A stretch of DNA of 64,000 bases from Bugula neritina (taxonomy: Eukaryota > Animalia > Bryozoa), in NCBI GenBank assembly GCA_964035545.1, contig OZ037766.1:9414722-9478721 (forward strand), written 5' to 3'. This document shows positions 45,801 through 58,560 of this stretch, in pieces; positions within the stretch are counted from its first letter, which is position 1, and every line of letters starts with the position of its first letter. The notes under the pieces are model-generated. The model searched no databases and was not told the origin of the DNA. It saw only the letters and a program-made list of their open reading frames with translations. The translations under genes were made by a program, and so were the position numbers.

Positions 45801-48800
45801 TGTTGAAAAATTAAAAAAGTATATGAAAGAGGAATGCAAGAGCTATCTTTTCATGTAAAATTTGTTAATGTGAGACAAAAACTGTTCGAGCTATCCCCTG
45901 GAAACCGTTTATATATAACATAAAGCAGTGCCTGAATCTGGAAAGTAATGACCTTAAACCAACTGTGCAAGATTAAAACATCCACTGGGAGTAAAAATGC
46001 AATGAAAATAGTACAAATAGTATGCGTTGGTTGTTTAATTACCTGGGAACTGCTAGTCACAAATGATTTCCTTTGGGAAATAACCTTAATTATTATTTCA
46101 CAACTATTGTGGAAATTAAACTAAGCATCAAAATTCTAAAGAACATGACTGCTCACAAAGCAATCTACTAGCCTACATAATCAATGCATAATACTATTTA
46201 CATTCAGAACTTTAATTTAGTTAAATCTTTGTCATTGCTGCTTGCAATCAGGTAAAATTAATGAGGTGTAAATATTATCAGATGGCTTACCTTCATCAGG
46301 AAGAATGCAATGAAAAGTTATTATTCCTCCTGCTCTATAAATGTTAGAAGGTTCTGGATTCTGTACAGATACTGTCGGCTGTCCAGGTTTATCTAGATTA
46401 CCAAGCAGATATATTGCATCAGAGCATCAAATGTATGGTATAGAATATCCACTAAATAGTACAAATTTATTCTTAGCATATCACCAGAATAAAGGTCTGT
46501 TTTGCTGATAGATGTGTATACATATGCTTTATTGGTAGCTTGTGTGTAACAGAAACTATTTGTGACCTAATAATAAGGAATATGCTAGAAATTGATTGAC
46601 ATTACTGGTTTGGTGTTATTTTAATTAGACATTACATTAGTCACTGCATTGAATTTATTCAAGCCTTTATTTTTGTGTAGCATTTTATGTGGTTATTAGG
46701 TAATGAGATTTTGAAAGCATTAATTATTGAAGAGTGGAATTAGTCATATGACAAGCCTGCTATAAGATATGCATGAAGCAAATGCTTTATATTCAAAAGG
46801 TGTTGTTTATAATTAACCCCAACCAACAACTGGGGTAGTATTTATAAAGATTCAGGGTAAAAAAAAATTACATTTGAGAAAGAATAGTGAAATTTAAACT
46901 ATTTGATCAGCAAAAATATTCCCTACTATGGAACTTTAGGGTACAATTATATAATAGAGTGCACAGTTTAAACTGGATCTTCCCCATTGTACTGAATAAT
47001 AGAGTGTTCCAGAGAAAACTGAAAGAGAAATTATCAATACCCTTACATGGTTAAATGCTATTATATTGGTACAATTGCACCCTAATATAAGTTTAGCAGG
47101 AGCTCTAAAACTTCAAAGGAATTCCCTGCAAGCTAACTGTGTAAACAAAGACAGGAATGATGGTGTAGAATACGCAGCATGTTATGCATGCTCAATAAAC
47201 AAAATTACAATGATCAAAATTTATACCAATTTATTTGCCAAATGCTGTTCAACCAACAGTCAATCTGTGAAATTATCCTTCACAACAGTTTATTTTGAGA
47301 CTATGGTGAGAGTATTTTTAACTATTCCATCATTCCATTTCAAAATCATGATAGAAAGCTAACCAACTGAGGTTTTGACATCAGCTAATTGAGATAATTT
47401 GGAGTTATGGACTCGTTTTGTAATGTGATTTCTGACAGCAATACTAATAGCCATTTCAAAAAGAGTCTGCCCATATATAGGAAGAGGACTTGGTGATACT
47501 GCTTAAAAAATCATATCATTTAAATGAGTAGGTAATGTTATACTATGTTATAGGTGATTTACCATAATATATTCACAAGCATCATGCAGTGCAGCCATCG
47601 GCAATAAATTCAGGACTAGACATATCCTTTATTTATCAATAAAAGCTGCAATGACTTAAATAAGGTAGCACTAGGGATTATGGGAAAGATGATGACTAAC
47701 TAAATATTTAGAGGAAAACCAGATTGGTGTTCAAGTTAGTAAACAATTTTTCTCTTCATTCAAAGGTTATATTATACACATGGAAAAGACCTCAAATCAT
47801 TTAAATAAAACAGATTTTTTTTCTCTCAACACTGGGGTGAAGTACTATCATGTATCTGGTACACTTTACTAACATTCTGGGTCACTGTGAATGAAAAGAG
47901 TACATCATAATATTTTTATAATAAGTAAAGTTACAGCCAACAGCAGAAACAACTTATGAAGGCTGATGAATCAGTTGCACTCAAATGATATTACCTAAGA
48001 GCTGTTTATTGCACTTACAGTTAACATGCACTTGTATAGACTCGTTCCTTGCCGTTGTGACACCCAGGGGCTGGTTAGATGCAATACAAGTGTATATCCC
48101 AGCCATCTCCCTCGTCATAGAATTTATAGCCAAAGTCTTTGCCCTGACCATCACAGCACCATCTAAAAGGCACATTTGGATAATCAACTTTTCAAAAAGA
48201 AGATTTTATTTCATTTTATTTCAAATTAAATCAACATTTCAGCTTTAATAATAATTAAAGATTTGACCTCAGATGAATCCAATAGTTGGATATACAATAA
48301 ATGTCAACCAATATTTATGGCACATGAGACCACAGGGAGCTGTCACAAATGCTGTTTCCTTATCACCATTTTGAAAGAGAAAAATGTGTTCCTAATTTTA
48401 TAGATCATGCTGAAGTGTGTGGAAGATAATTGCTCATCTGATCTCAATACTTCTACTATTTGTCATTTTTCTATCAGTGGTAATTCTAATGAAAAGAATT
48501 TGACAAATACCTTGCATACTTCAGATTGTCTATATCTATATGACGAACTTTAGGTCATCACAAGACCCCTGGTGGAAGGTGTTTTTGTTAAATCGAGCCA
48601 AGGACTTATTCAGATGGGGCACAGGAGCAATTATGACTAAATGCTCTTCCTAACATCACCAATGGCCTTTGTGGGGTTCAAACCCATGACTTCCTGTTTG
48701 CTAAGCAAATACTCTAACCTCTAGACCACAGCTGCTCTCCTTCAAGTCATTACAACAGTCAGCTTAAAATACTGAAATGCCTTAACAATAGACTACCTTT

Positions 48801-51800
48801 CACCCATCTGTATGATACAACACTTGGGACAGCATCTGCATTGCAGTTTAGCTCTAAGTTGGTGCTTTCATTCACAGCCATCACAGCTCCCTTATCAATA
48901 CTGACTTTTGGTGCATCTACAATATGTGCTGATGATTATTCTAGAGCAGTGTGCAGTAGTCTGTTGCTGCATGCAGAATATGATCCTTGCTTGTTATTAG
49001 TAATTCTATTATAGTGTGGTTTTTACACCTAAAATGATATCTGTATACAAAAGCTTAAAAAGAATATCTATTAATAAGAAGTTGCATAGTGTCAAATTTA
49101 TATCTTTACTTTATTTCAATGGAAAAAACTATTATTCCAAGGTAATGCATTTTATGTAATGCATGCCTGATAATACATAGAAGCGATTAGCATGGCAGCT
49201 GAACCTTAAGGTAAAATTTCAAGCCTACAGCTTACACAACAAATGTTCTACTGCCTTTGTAGGCGCACATATTTTTATAACTCTGTCTCAATTTTCAAAT
49301 GTTGCTCTTTTAAATGGAGAGGCAATTATTACATGAGCTGAACAAAAGATTGCAAATACAAGAGTGAGGGGCTGACACTTACAGTGAACACTGACACTAA
49401 GTATGCCATTAGCCTTGTCTACTGAGTTCTCCACTTCACACTCGTACACAGTATCTTGGTTAATGCCTCCAGGTTGACTGAGTGTCAATGAAGATTCTCC
49501 CTCCAGCACTAAAGAGTTTTTCTTCCATGTTATAGATTTCAACTCCTGAGGATTGGCATCGGCACTGCATATGACGTCAAAACTGCTTTGCTGGAGAACT
49601 ACACTGATTCCGCCATCGAGTTTTACAGTGACCTTTGGCTTGTCTGTAAAATGGCCACAATAAAAAGATAATGCAAATGATTGTATGGCATTTCATTGCT
49701 ATGTGAAGCTTACACATACCTAGAAAGAACCAATTTCAATGAATAATATAATATAGTACCTATACAATGTAATATAATCAGTATAAATATACTATATCAT
49801 AATAAAATACTTACAGTATATAAAGCATTGGTAGACTATGAACAACAGCTTATCTAGAAATTAGACGTTAGTCATAAAATATCTTTTGCTATTCCTTGTT
49901 TACATAGAAACTTATCAATTTATATTTTATATTATGACAGCAAGTTATGGAAAGATAAGATAAATGTAATGCTAAATTACTGCTAGTATTAGTAATATCT
50001 GTTTTACATATTCACTAATGGCACAAGATGGAATAAACTAGAGATGACTAAGCAAAGTCATCAGATCCCTCACAGCTGCCATTGCAACATAGAAGAGTCT
50101 GTGGTGTAAAGTTCCAAAGAATTGCACAAAAATAAATTTCATATATTACTAATGAGGCATTTGTAGTGACAGCAATTATGCAAGGTGTGTTGCTTTAAAA
50201 GACAGCAAAAAGAATAAAAGAATTCTGTGTTGTTAAAAATAACAAATGAAGCTGAATTTGTGCCACAGAATAGCAATTATTTCAAAAGAAAATTTGCTAC
50301 ACAAATAAGTGCAACGCTGACATTGCTTATAATGCTTTTTTGAAAATACGATTAGCAATAACTTGAGGTATGTGAAACGTGAGTACTGAATGCAGCTTTT
50401 TAAATTTTAAATTTATACCCGATAGCAGGGGGCTAACTTAATTTTAATACTTTAAACTACTAATAGGATTCAAAATGCATGAGACGATTATTTCTTAAAT
50501 CGATTGTAATAAATATTAAATATATGTACTTTAGATTTCATCTACCAACAAATATATTCAGGGATTTTCATAATATGAAATGTATATACTACATAAACAT
50601 AGATAAAGAGCCAGAAAGAAAGGTGCAGATTCTTGGTAACCCACTCAACCCTATGAGTAGGATGTGCTGTATAAGCAGACAATGTTTAGGGTACTACCAT
50701 ATTGTAGTAGCTATTCATCCATTGTTCATTGTCCTACTGACTAGGAAAACTAGTATATGACTAAAATCTATATAAAATTATATAATTCTGTTGAATAAGC
50801 ACATTATTTTTTACACAATGAGTCTCGCAGAGTTAACAGTGAGGACGTAATGCTACTTTTGGTGAGTTGCTTAGAGATAGGTGCAGTAAAAAAAATTGAG
50901 AAAAACCTGTGTTCTAGATTAGAAATGTAGCATAAGAAGTTTAGTCCTAGCAAAAATTTCAACCCAAGACCCCAACTAAAATTTAATAATGGAATTAAAG
51001 CACTTCGGCTATCTCAATTTCTCCCCCTACTGCTCCTAAATGATTGCTTAAAGGTTGGTCTTCGGGACACAATTATACCCCAACAGCCTGTAAACTTTCT
51101 TAGACTGACCAATGAAACACACAGCACCACTTACACTGTACATCTAGTGTGTGTGTAGCAGTAAGTGTCCTCTGAAGCTCATTGGTCACATCACATCTCA
51201 CTTCCTTCGTGTTATCTGCATGAGTCAGAGTTACCTCCAGTGTACTTATGGCCAGACCTCCGTCCGAAGTTGGAACAGTGTAGGAGGTTTCTGGATATAC
51301 CTGGTTATCAATGCTCCAGGTGAATGTTGGATTCGGGTATCCACCTGTAGACTCACACCTGAATGTCCCTGGTGTGTCCTCTGTGATCTGGCTAGGTGCA
51401 GAGAGGGTTGGCTGACCAGGTGCATCTAAATTATATAGATACAATAAGAGTTACTGAAATTGAGGAGCAGTCTTGGTCCAGGGATTAGAGCATTTGCCTA
51501 GTAAGCACGAAGTCATAGGTTCAAGTACCGACAAAGGCTATTGGTGATTTTAGGAAGAGCATCCAGTTAAAATTGCTCCTGTGCCCCATCTGAATAAGTC
51601 CTTAGCCTGATTTAACAAAAAAAACCTTTCAATTAGGGGTTTCTCACAGGGATGGGGACTGTGAACTTGCGTGAGTGAGAATAGGAGTTACTGAAATTAT
51701 TTGACAGGCAATAAAGGCAATACTTTAAACATGAAGGAAGTCTTTCAAAATGAAGAGAAGGCATTAACAAGGTTACAAAAACAATGTTACTTGGGCAAAA

Positions 51801-54800
51801 ACATGACACTAGTGAAATATAATATATGCCAGATAGTAGCTTCAGTGCATTTGAAATCATACAATAATGAAAATGAGTAAACCGTGAAAGATAATGGACA
51901 TGCTTTTCAGTGTTGATAAACTTGTATTACAATAAATGGAGTCATGGTAGTTTACAATAATGTTTGTATGTCTAGTTATTGTTGTTTTGTTTAGTGGTCT
52001 GTCTTATTCAAGCACAAATTAAATTGCTGTTGTTACAAGCCTAAATAGAGACATGTACATTAATTACAATTTACTTGCAGCCACAACTTGACACCATAAG
52101 CAAACCAAAGGCACTTGACTTGGTAAATAAATTAACTTGCCAACATTTATGGAGTAATAAAAGGGAAGACTGAAATGAACTTCCAAACGAAGTTGATGTT
52201 TGTAATAAATCAATGGAGAAGTTAATGAATTTTCTCTGCATAATGAATTAAACATTACCTGAAGTAATGGGACTACACACAGGTTTAACCAGTACATGTC
52301 CATAGCATATTATTATGTATTTAAAACTTCACCTTTCCTGTGCTAATAGGTATGAAGTGACATTAAAGTCTTCAAATGACATTTATTGCTCTTTACCAAG
52401 GAAGAGACATAAAAGCAGTGTCAATTAAGTAAATTACTTTCTGAAGTAGATGTTGAAAATATGGATTATACAAACTAGATTATAAAACTTCATGAAAGAA
52501 TTGCAGGCAGAGAATTTAATGCAACTCTCCATGAAACTAGTGGAGAAAAAATGGAGAGCTCTCTTCAGCCAAGCATATGTGTAAATGATAAGCCACAGGT
52601 TCTATATCCAGCTGAAAGCTAGTGTCACAATTATTTAAAGTATGTTATCATTTGAAAAGAGCATATGGTGCAATTAATAGAAAGCTAATTTTACTATCTC
52701 ATTTACACTTTACAGTGAATTGAAACTCAGAGTTTGCTGATGACACGCCAGGTACAGATGTTATCACCTGGGTTGTAATTAGTTGTTAACATTTTACTTG
52801 TTTGCCTTCATCAGGTTACTATCTCCCACCTCAGACAACCAGCAGCCATCTCTTTTCTTTCAACAAATAAAGTTAATTATTTTTTCAAAAACTAAAAGTG
52901 TATATCCGGTTACAGTTAAGCACCTGCTTTTACAAGCAAATTTTATTTCCTGCCAGCTTAGCGTAAATCATTGGAAATAAATAAACTTAAACAAGAAGAA
53001 TTATAGACCTTTATAGATTATAGATCTGAGACATTATTATTTACAACAAAATTATAATTCATGATTCACCAGAGTCAGTTTATTTAATCAATTACACAAA
53101 AGAGAAACAAATAGGAACAAAGTATTACAAGGTGATTTAACACTGCCTTTGCAATGAAAACCCACTGGGAATTCAGTCACACATTATGCTTTGAGTTGGT
53201 TGATAGCCAGTTTGATAATCAACTATTGAAAGTTTACTAAGAATGGAAGGCTGCTCAAATGAATGGAAATCTAAAGCCAGTTTTTTAAAACATTATTGCG
53301 CACTTCTGATGCCAATTTAACATAATTATTCACCAACTGCTGCCGTGTTTATTAAATGAGTCACACACAACGTATACACACAAGGACCTTTATCAGGATG
53401 GGTATCCCAAGTTTGGCAGTGACCCCTTTCCCCAACCCCCCCCCTTCATACTCTGGAATTTTTGGCTATCTAATATTGACGTAGGAGATAATCTAGCTGA
53501 GAGCCTTGAGTCCCACTTAGAGATAAAATTGAAAGATTTATAGCAAGGAGGAGGTACTCGTACAATGATGACTCACTAACAATATTTTCATGTCACAAAG
53601 CTAAGATCTGACTAGAGAGGTCAGGTTGTTGTTGATACAGCTGACACATACGCAAAGTACTCTACACAGCGTAGTAGTGTACCTGCCACTGACTGTCATA
53701 GTTCATACTTGATGGGCATGAGCTATGTTCAGTAATCAGCGTTGCTAAAGCTCAAAACCCAAACTTTTTATTAATACTAAGTGTACACAGATTAAGAAGC
53801 AAACTGAAGCAAATCAATCAGTAGAAAAGCTTGTCATAGACTGTTTGCTACGGATAAACAATGAGCTAAAACCATAGACTAGGTGAAGCCATCTTTAGGA
53901 AGCACTACAAACTTTGTACAGTAATTGTTTGAAATTATGAAAAGCAAATTTTAGCTGAAGTGGCTGCCAATGCCATGAGCATCCCAGCTGTGTTTCATTA
54001 AGTTATTTTTTAGATAATAGCATGCATGAGTTAAAGGTTTGCAGGAATTAAAGGCTATGCAATTAAATTTATATTATGCAGGTGTGGCTAGACATTATAT
54101 TACAGTAACAGAGGGTGTATCCAGTTGTTGCTCTTGCATTTATGCAGCTGTTGCTACTTGTAAATACACCCATAAATACACAGTATCTATATATAATAAA
54201 TAATACAACAGCTCTTAATTTATGAAATTTTCAATTTTTCAAGTTTTAATTATTTATCAGCCATTTTAATTTTTATTATATCCGAGGGAATATCAGTTGA
54301 ATAACAGCATTAACTACAAATAATTATGCATTAATTATTTTTCAAACTAGAATAATTTTAAGGTGGTTAGTTTGGTTAGTTCCTGTACAGATATATATAT
54401 AAAACATGATTGATGGCTTTAAATACTTTGACAAAAAACTATTAGGTATTTGGAAATTAGCCAGAGTATTCCCACTCTAGGCTACAGTTAAACAATTCAT
54501 CCAACAGGAATAATATAATTAAAATAATGGAAGTGAATTTTATGCCTTCATTATACAGTTGGTATAAATAAACATGAATTACAGCCATCAGTAAAATTAC
54601 TTGGTATATTATAGCAAGAATGCAGCTATTCTACTACCAGTAGTACTAACTCAACATTCATTGTGCACTAAACACGATTGTTAAATTTCTTCGGAGTCTA
54701 CAAAAAGCTTTAGTGAAAGTGTGTCTATTTACACACAAAACAATTTGTGAATCAATTTAATTTTCCAATTATTTGTAATCAGTAGCTTAATGCATTATTA

Positions 54801-56632
54801 GAAGTGTTACTAAGTGGGACTGCTACATGTAGCCAGTTTGTACGGATGATTTGACCCATACATTAGCCCAAAAGAAGGTTTATATTACTAACAATTTATG
54901 CTAACTTCAACACAATAGATGCTGATAAATGAGCAAGCACTAAGATAAGACATAGAATAGTAGTAGCAAATGGCGTCACTTTGAATAGATCACATACTAT
55001 ATTCAATAAGAATATTCTTCCTTTTGTTATAAGAATTTCAACTTGTTCAAAAATACAAGAGAACTCAAGCATTACATAACATTTTAGTCTACAGAATAGA
55101 TACATGTATGTCTCGTAAATTGAACAAATTGTATCCTTGGAACATGAAAGAAATGGGATAATTCAGACAATGATCTGTCTTGTGTGATGACAGCTATCAA
55201 TCACCATGTTTAATAATTATAGTCTGATTATAAGCTTGAAATATAAAAATCAATTAGGATATAACATGCTACAGCTGTGGCAGCGTTGAGCTCAGGCTGC
55301 AGATGTGACAGCGTGAGCTCACACTGATTGGGGTCCTTCGTTCTTGACCCCATCTGTAGTCTACTTAAGGCAAAGTTGTAAACTCTTGCTTAGCTTGGGT
55401 TTATAACTTATCAGTTTGGTGTTTTGGTTTGGGGGAGGGTGCAAGCAAACAGATACCAGCTAGAACTATGACTAAGTTTGTATTTACTGCAACTTTAGAT
55501 AAACTTGTGCCTTACACAAGTTAAGACTCTATAAATTTCTTACTTTGTTAGTTATAACATGCTAGTTTTTGCAACTAAATTGAGCATGCTGGTTTAAAGA
55601 ATCATATAGTAATACGATCATCAAAATAATAAGGCTGCAAAAAGTGAAAGCTAAAAAAACTAAAAATGAAAAGCTTATTGGCTACCAAAATGGACAGAAA
55701 ATTCGGCTATAGTTCAACAGTTTAAGTTATGAAATCAGAGATATAAACATGTACGAGAATGGGATGGAACACTTGTATGGAAATCATAAGAAATAAACCA
55801 GCAGACACTTAAGGAGTCTATAATCTATTTATAGTAACAGCTTGCCACTAATCCGTCTTTTTATTGCTCAGTCTGTCACCAGTTCAAAATAACTACTTGC
55901 CAATAATATAACATTTATATTAAGTTCCCCAATAAGCATTTAATTGTTTAAAACAAACCAGTAATAGAGGATTTTAATAATAAAATTATAGAATATCTAT
56001 AAAAACAAAATATTCTACCTTAAGTTAGCTGCTTCAGCTACACATGCTATAATATTATTTTACTAAGTTGGAGCACTGGAGCATCCTTTTAAATTTAAAT
56101 ATGCACTAAACCAATAGAGTCTAAAATGTGTGCACCCAAGAAAACTAAATTAATGAAGGGGCAGTCAATGGCTTGAATAATAACACAGCCCAAATCTAAT
56201 TTCAATTTATGTAAACAAATCACCTATAGCCTACTGGTCTATAAGAAAGTAAAGCTAATAAATACCTGCAACTAAGATAACTCCAATTAAAGTTTCAGCG
56301 CTGGAGTACTGGCACCTGTAGGTATCGCTGTCATTCCTGTTGAGATTTTTAATCACCAGAGAATAGTTGCCTGTAGTTGAGGCATTGGCATCAACAGAGT
56401 ACTTTTCACCAACAAGACTTCCGCCAGCACCACTGTAAATTGTTCCCACTTTTGCTCGGCTCCAAAATATTAGTCGATAATCTGCTGTTGGTTGCATAAC
56501 GCAAGGAAGGTAGCCGACTAGGTCTTGACCATTCTCATATACTAAGGATCCTTCGTAGGGTGGAGTTATTATTATTGCGGTCCAAGAACACTGTACCAGC
56601 AGCACCAACAGAAGTGTGTTTTTCAAGGTCAT
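36801..56632 (-). CDS. ed: Echinoid/Friend-of-echinoid-like adhesion receptor: signal peptide, 7 Ig, 2 FN3-like, TM, cytoplasmic tail (1088 aa). Exons 56632-56266, 51425-51135, 49643-49383, 48916-48797, 48162-48019, 46392-46291, 43401-43225, 42910-42689, 42336-42226, 41983-41681, 41161-40997, 40408-40218, 39868-39706, 39253-39049, 38331-38240, 37687-37523, 36988-36801
   Basis: Seventeen exons join in one open frame (3267 nt); Ig C..W..DxGxYxC motifs; FN3 WNPGFDGG and LYPETEYKISV; TM WIVIGSVAGIIAVVLIIAIIAVII; tail ESGYSTPDSRAKKVIYEVIV. The domain count and the EVIV end match Drosophila Echinoid (7 Ig, 2 FN3, EIIV PDZ ligand). Orthology is from memory, not from a search. Confidence 0.8.
43416..45967. 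mobile_element. Non-autonomous TIR DNA transposon, copy B (2,552 bp), inverted relative to copy A, in intron 6 of the Ig receptor
   Basis: Perfect 20-bp TIR CACAGTTGGTTTAAGGTCAT; 2-bp TSD CA (43414-43415 and 45968-45969); reverse complement of 16621-19188 along its length apart from scattered substitutions and small indels. Confidence 0.93.
48565..48739 (-). mobile_element. tRNA-derived SINE, copy 1
   Basis: Minus strand reads TGGTCTAGAGGTTAGAG (A box) ... GGGTTTGAACCC (B box) ... AATTGCTCCTGTGCCCCATCTGAATAAGTCCTT, shared with the 51462 copy. Confidence 0.8.
51462..51684 (+). mobile_element. tRNA-derived SINE, copy 2 (full length)
   Basis: A box TGGTCCAGGGATTAGAG, B box GGTTCAAGTACC, GTGAGTGAG tail, 14-bp TSD GAGTTACTGAAATT (51448-51461 and 51685-51698). 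Confidence 0.88.
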
Positions 56633-58028
56633 GATGGCACCTGTCAGGTGAGTCAAACTAATACAGAGCTGTGTTACAGATTTACAACCTATAATATAAT
56701 AATATAAATAAACCTCAACTAATACCTTTGATAATTCAAGACCTCATAAACTAATTAGTAAACTTGACCAGCCTGCACCATAAAGCAGCAGACGTCTTCA
56801 AATTTACAGTTTGATAATTTGAAACAGTCCCTATAAATATTACGTCACTAAGTAGGATTAGTATATTTTGTATGCCCTTGAAAGACAATGACTGAAGAAG
56901 AGCGCACTCAAGTCTACGAGTTTGAGACTTTGCCAACATTATTCAGTGCACAGGAGGAACAAGAAGTATAAGAATCATGCAAGCAGTCTATATTTATGGA
57001 TATTTTTTAATGTTTTCTACACATAAAACTTTGCAATATAGTTTTTTCTAAGCTTGAGCTTAGTGATTAAAACTTTTCTGCCTTTTAAGTCATCAATAAT
57101 CTAGAAGATATTTTTGGCTTGATACTTTACAAAATTCAAATAAAACGGCTAAATTAAGCCTACTTTACAATAAATTTGGTTGTTTACATTTTAACCAAAC
57201 AAGTAAATATACATAATTTATGCAAAAAACAGTTCTATAGCTTTGCAAAGCATACGAATACAATATCAATCTGATACAGTTTGTAAAAGCATGCAATAAG
57301 GATAAATATAGTGCTATCATTTAATTGTACTATAATATATACTAACTACTGTTGATTGAAACTCAGTATGTGTGTAGAACTAAATGTAGTGGAACAAATG
57401 TAATTGAGATAAAAGATGTCACTATAAAAAATGTGACTGGAATGCTAATTAATGGGTAATAGTGTTTGGATAATATATAAGAAAAAGGCAGCATTTAGAA
57501 AGAAATTAGACTGCTGACTCTAACTGCAGCACTGAATCAATAAACATTTCCCAAAGAAATAAATTATTCTCAGCCAACATCATCACAAATGGTTTATTTT
57601 GCTGGTTTTGACATGATGATGTTTATAGAAAACCTGGGAGAATTGCTACATTAGCTATAGCAAGTTTTAACTTGTGTCAGAATAGTCATAAATCTTATAT
57701 ACCATCGCCTGTGTAAGTTATAGTTACACCAGCGATGGTTTATTTTAGATATGCTGACGCTGTGAATGGGCCTATAATTTCAATTTTCAAGGGAAGTCTA
57801 AAGTTTCGTAATGCAGTACTAGCATACAGCTAATATTCTAAAATAAAACAAGCTAAATGCAGCAGTAATGTAGTTTAACTTCAAGTAGCAAATGCAAAAA
57901 TACGAACAATAAATATAATAAAACTTCAAGTTGCAACCTGGTTTTGAAATCTCTAAAAAGTAGTAAGGATTTAGTTTAAAAAATCGTTTCTACAACCAAT
58001 AAAATTATAATTGATAGCTTAAGCTTAC

Positions 58029-58560
58029 CTGCAAGTAGAGGACAAGGTTCGGGTTGCTATATTGAGACTCTCCACACAGTTTATTAAATAATTAATAATC
58101 CCTGAAGTGTATAGAAAACCAGCAGTATGAGTAAATATTTTTATCCAACTATTACTATGTCTATAATAAATACGTATTATTCTTATTATATTCTTGTGGG
58201 TTATGTGACTACCACATTATGATTATCAGCATTCCTCGTTTTTTTTAAAGGCAACTATAAGTATAACTATAATAAGTATTATAGACTTATAGAAATTAGT
58301 AATTTCTGGTGAACTCGCAGAGTTAATAATTCGCAGTTCCAGTTAGTCACTAGTCTAAGTGAACTGAGCAACTGCAGTTTCGTAAAGCAAATAGCACTAT
58401 CAATAAATAACTGATAAGCGAAGCTCTCTGTCTCTCTCCATTACTATCAAACAAATTTTGCAATAGCTCTCTGCTACACGCATGTGGTCATTAGATTTTC
58501 ACTAGCGCTAGGCACTTGTCAAGTGGGCTGGGGGGGAAAGGTTTTAGCTCCGCCCATAAG
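58029..58560 (-). promoter_or_regulatory. Candidate non-coding first exon and promoter of the Ig receptor
   Basis: Strong minus-strand donor GCAG|GTAAGC at 58029/58028; GC-box-like GGGCGG and a G-run at 58523-58556 in otherwise AT-rich DNA. Inference only. Confidence 0.35.

Noticed and set aside
48565-51684. Functional tRNA genes
   Set aside because: The A/B-box heads continue into a shared non-tRNA body with tail and TSD and lack a clean cloverleaf, so they are SINEs.
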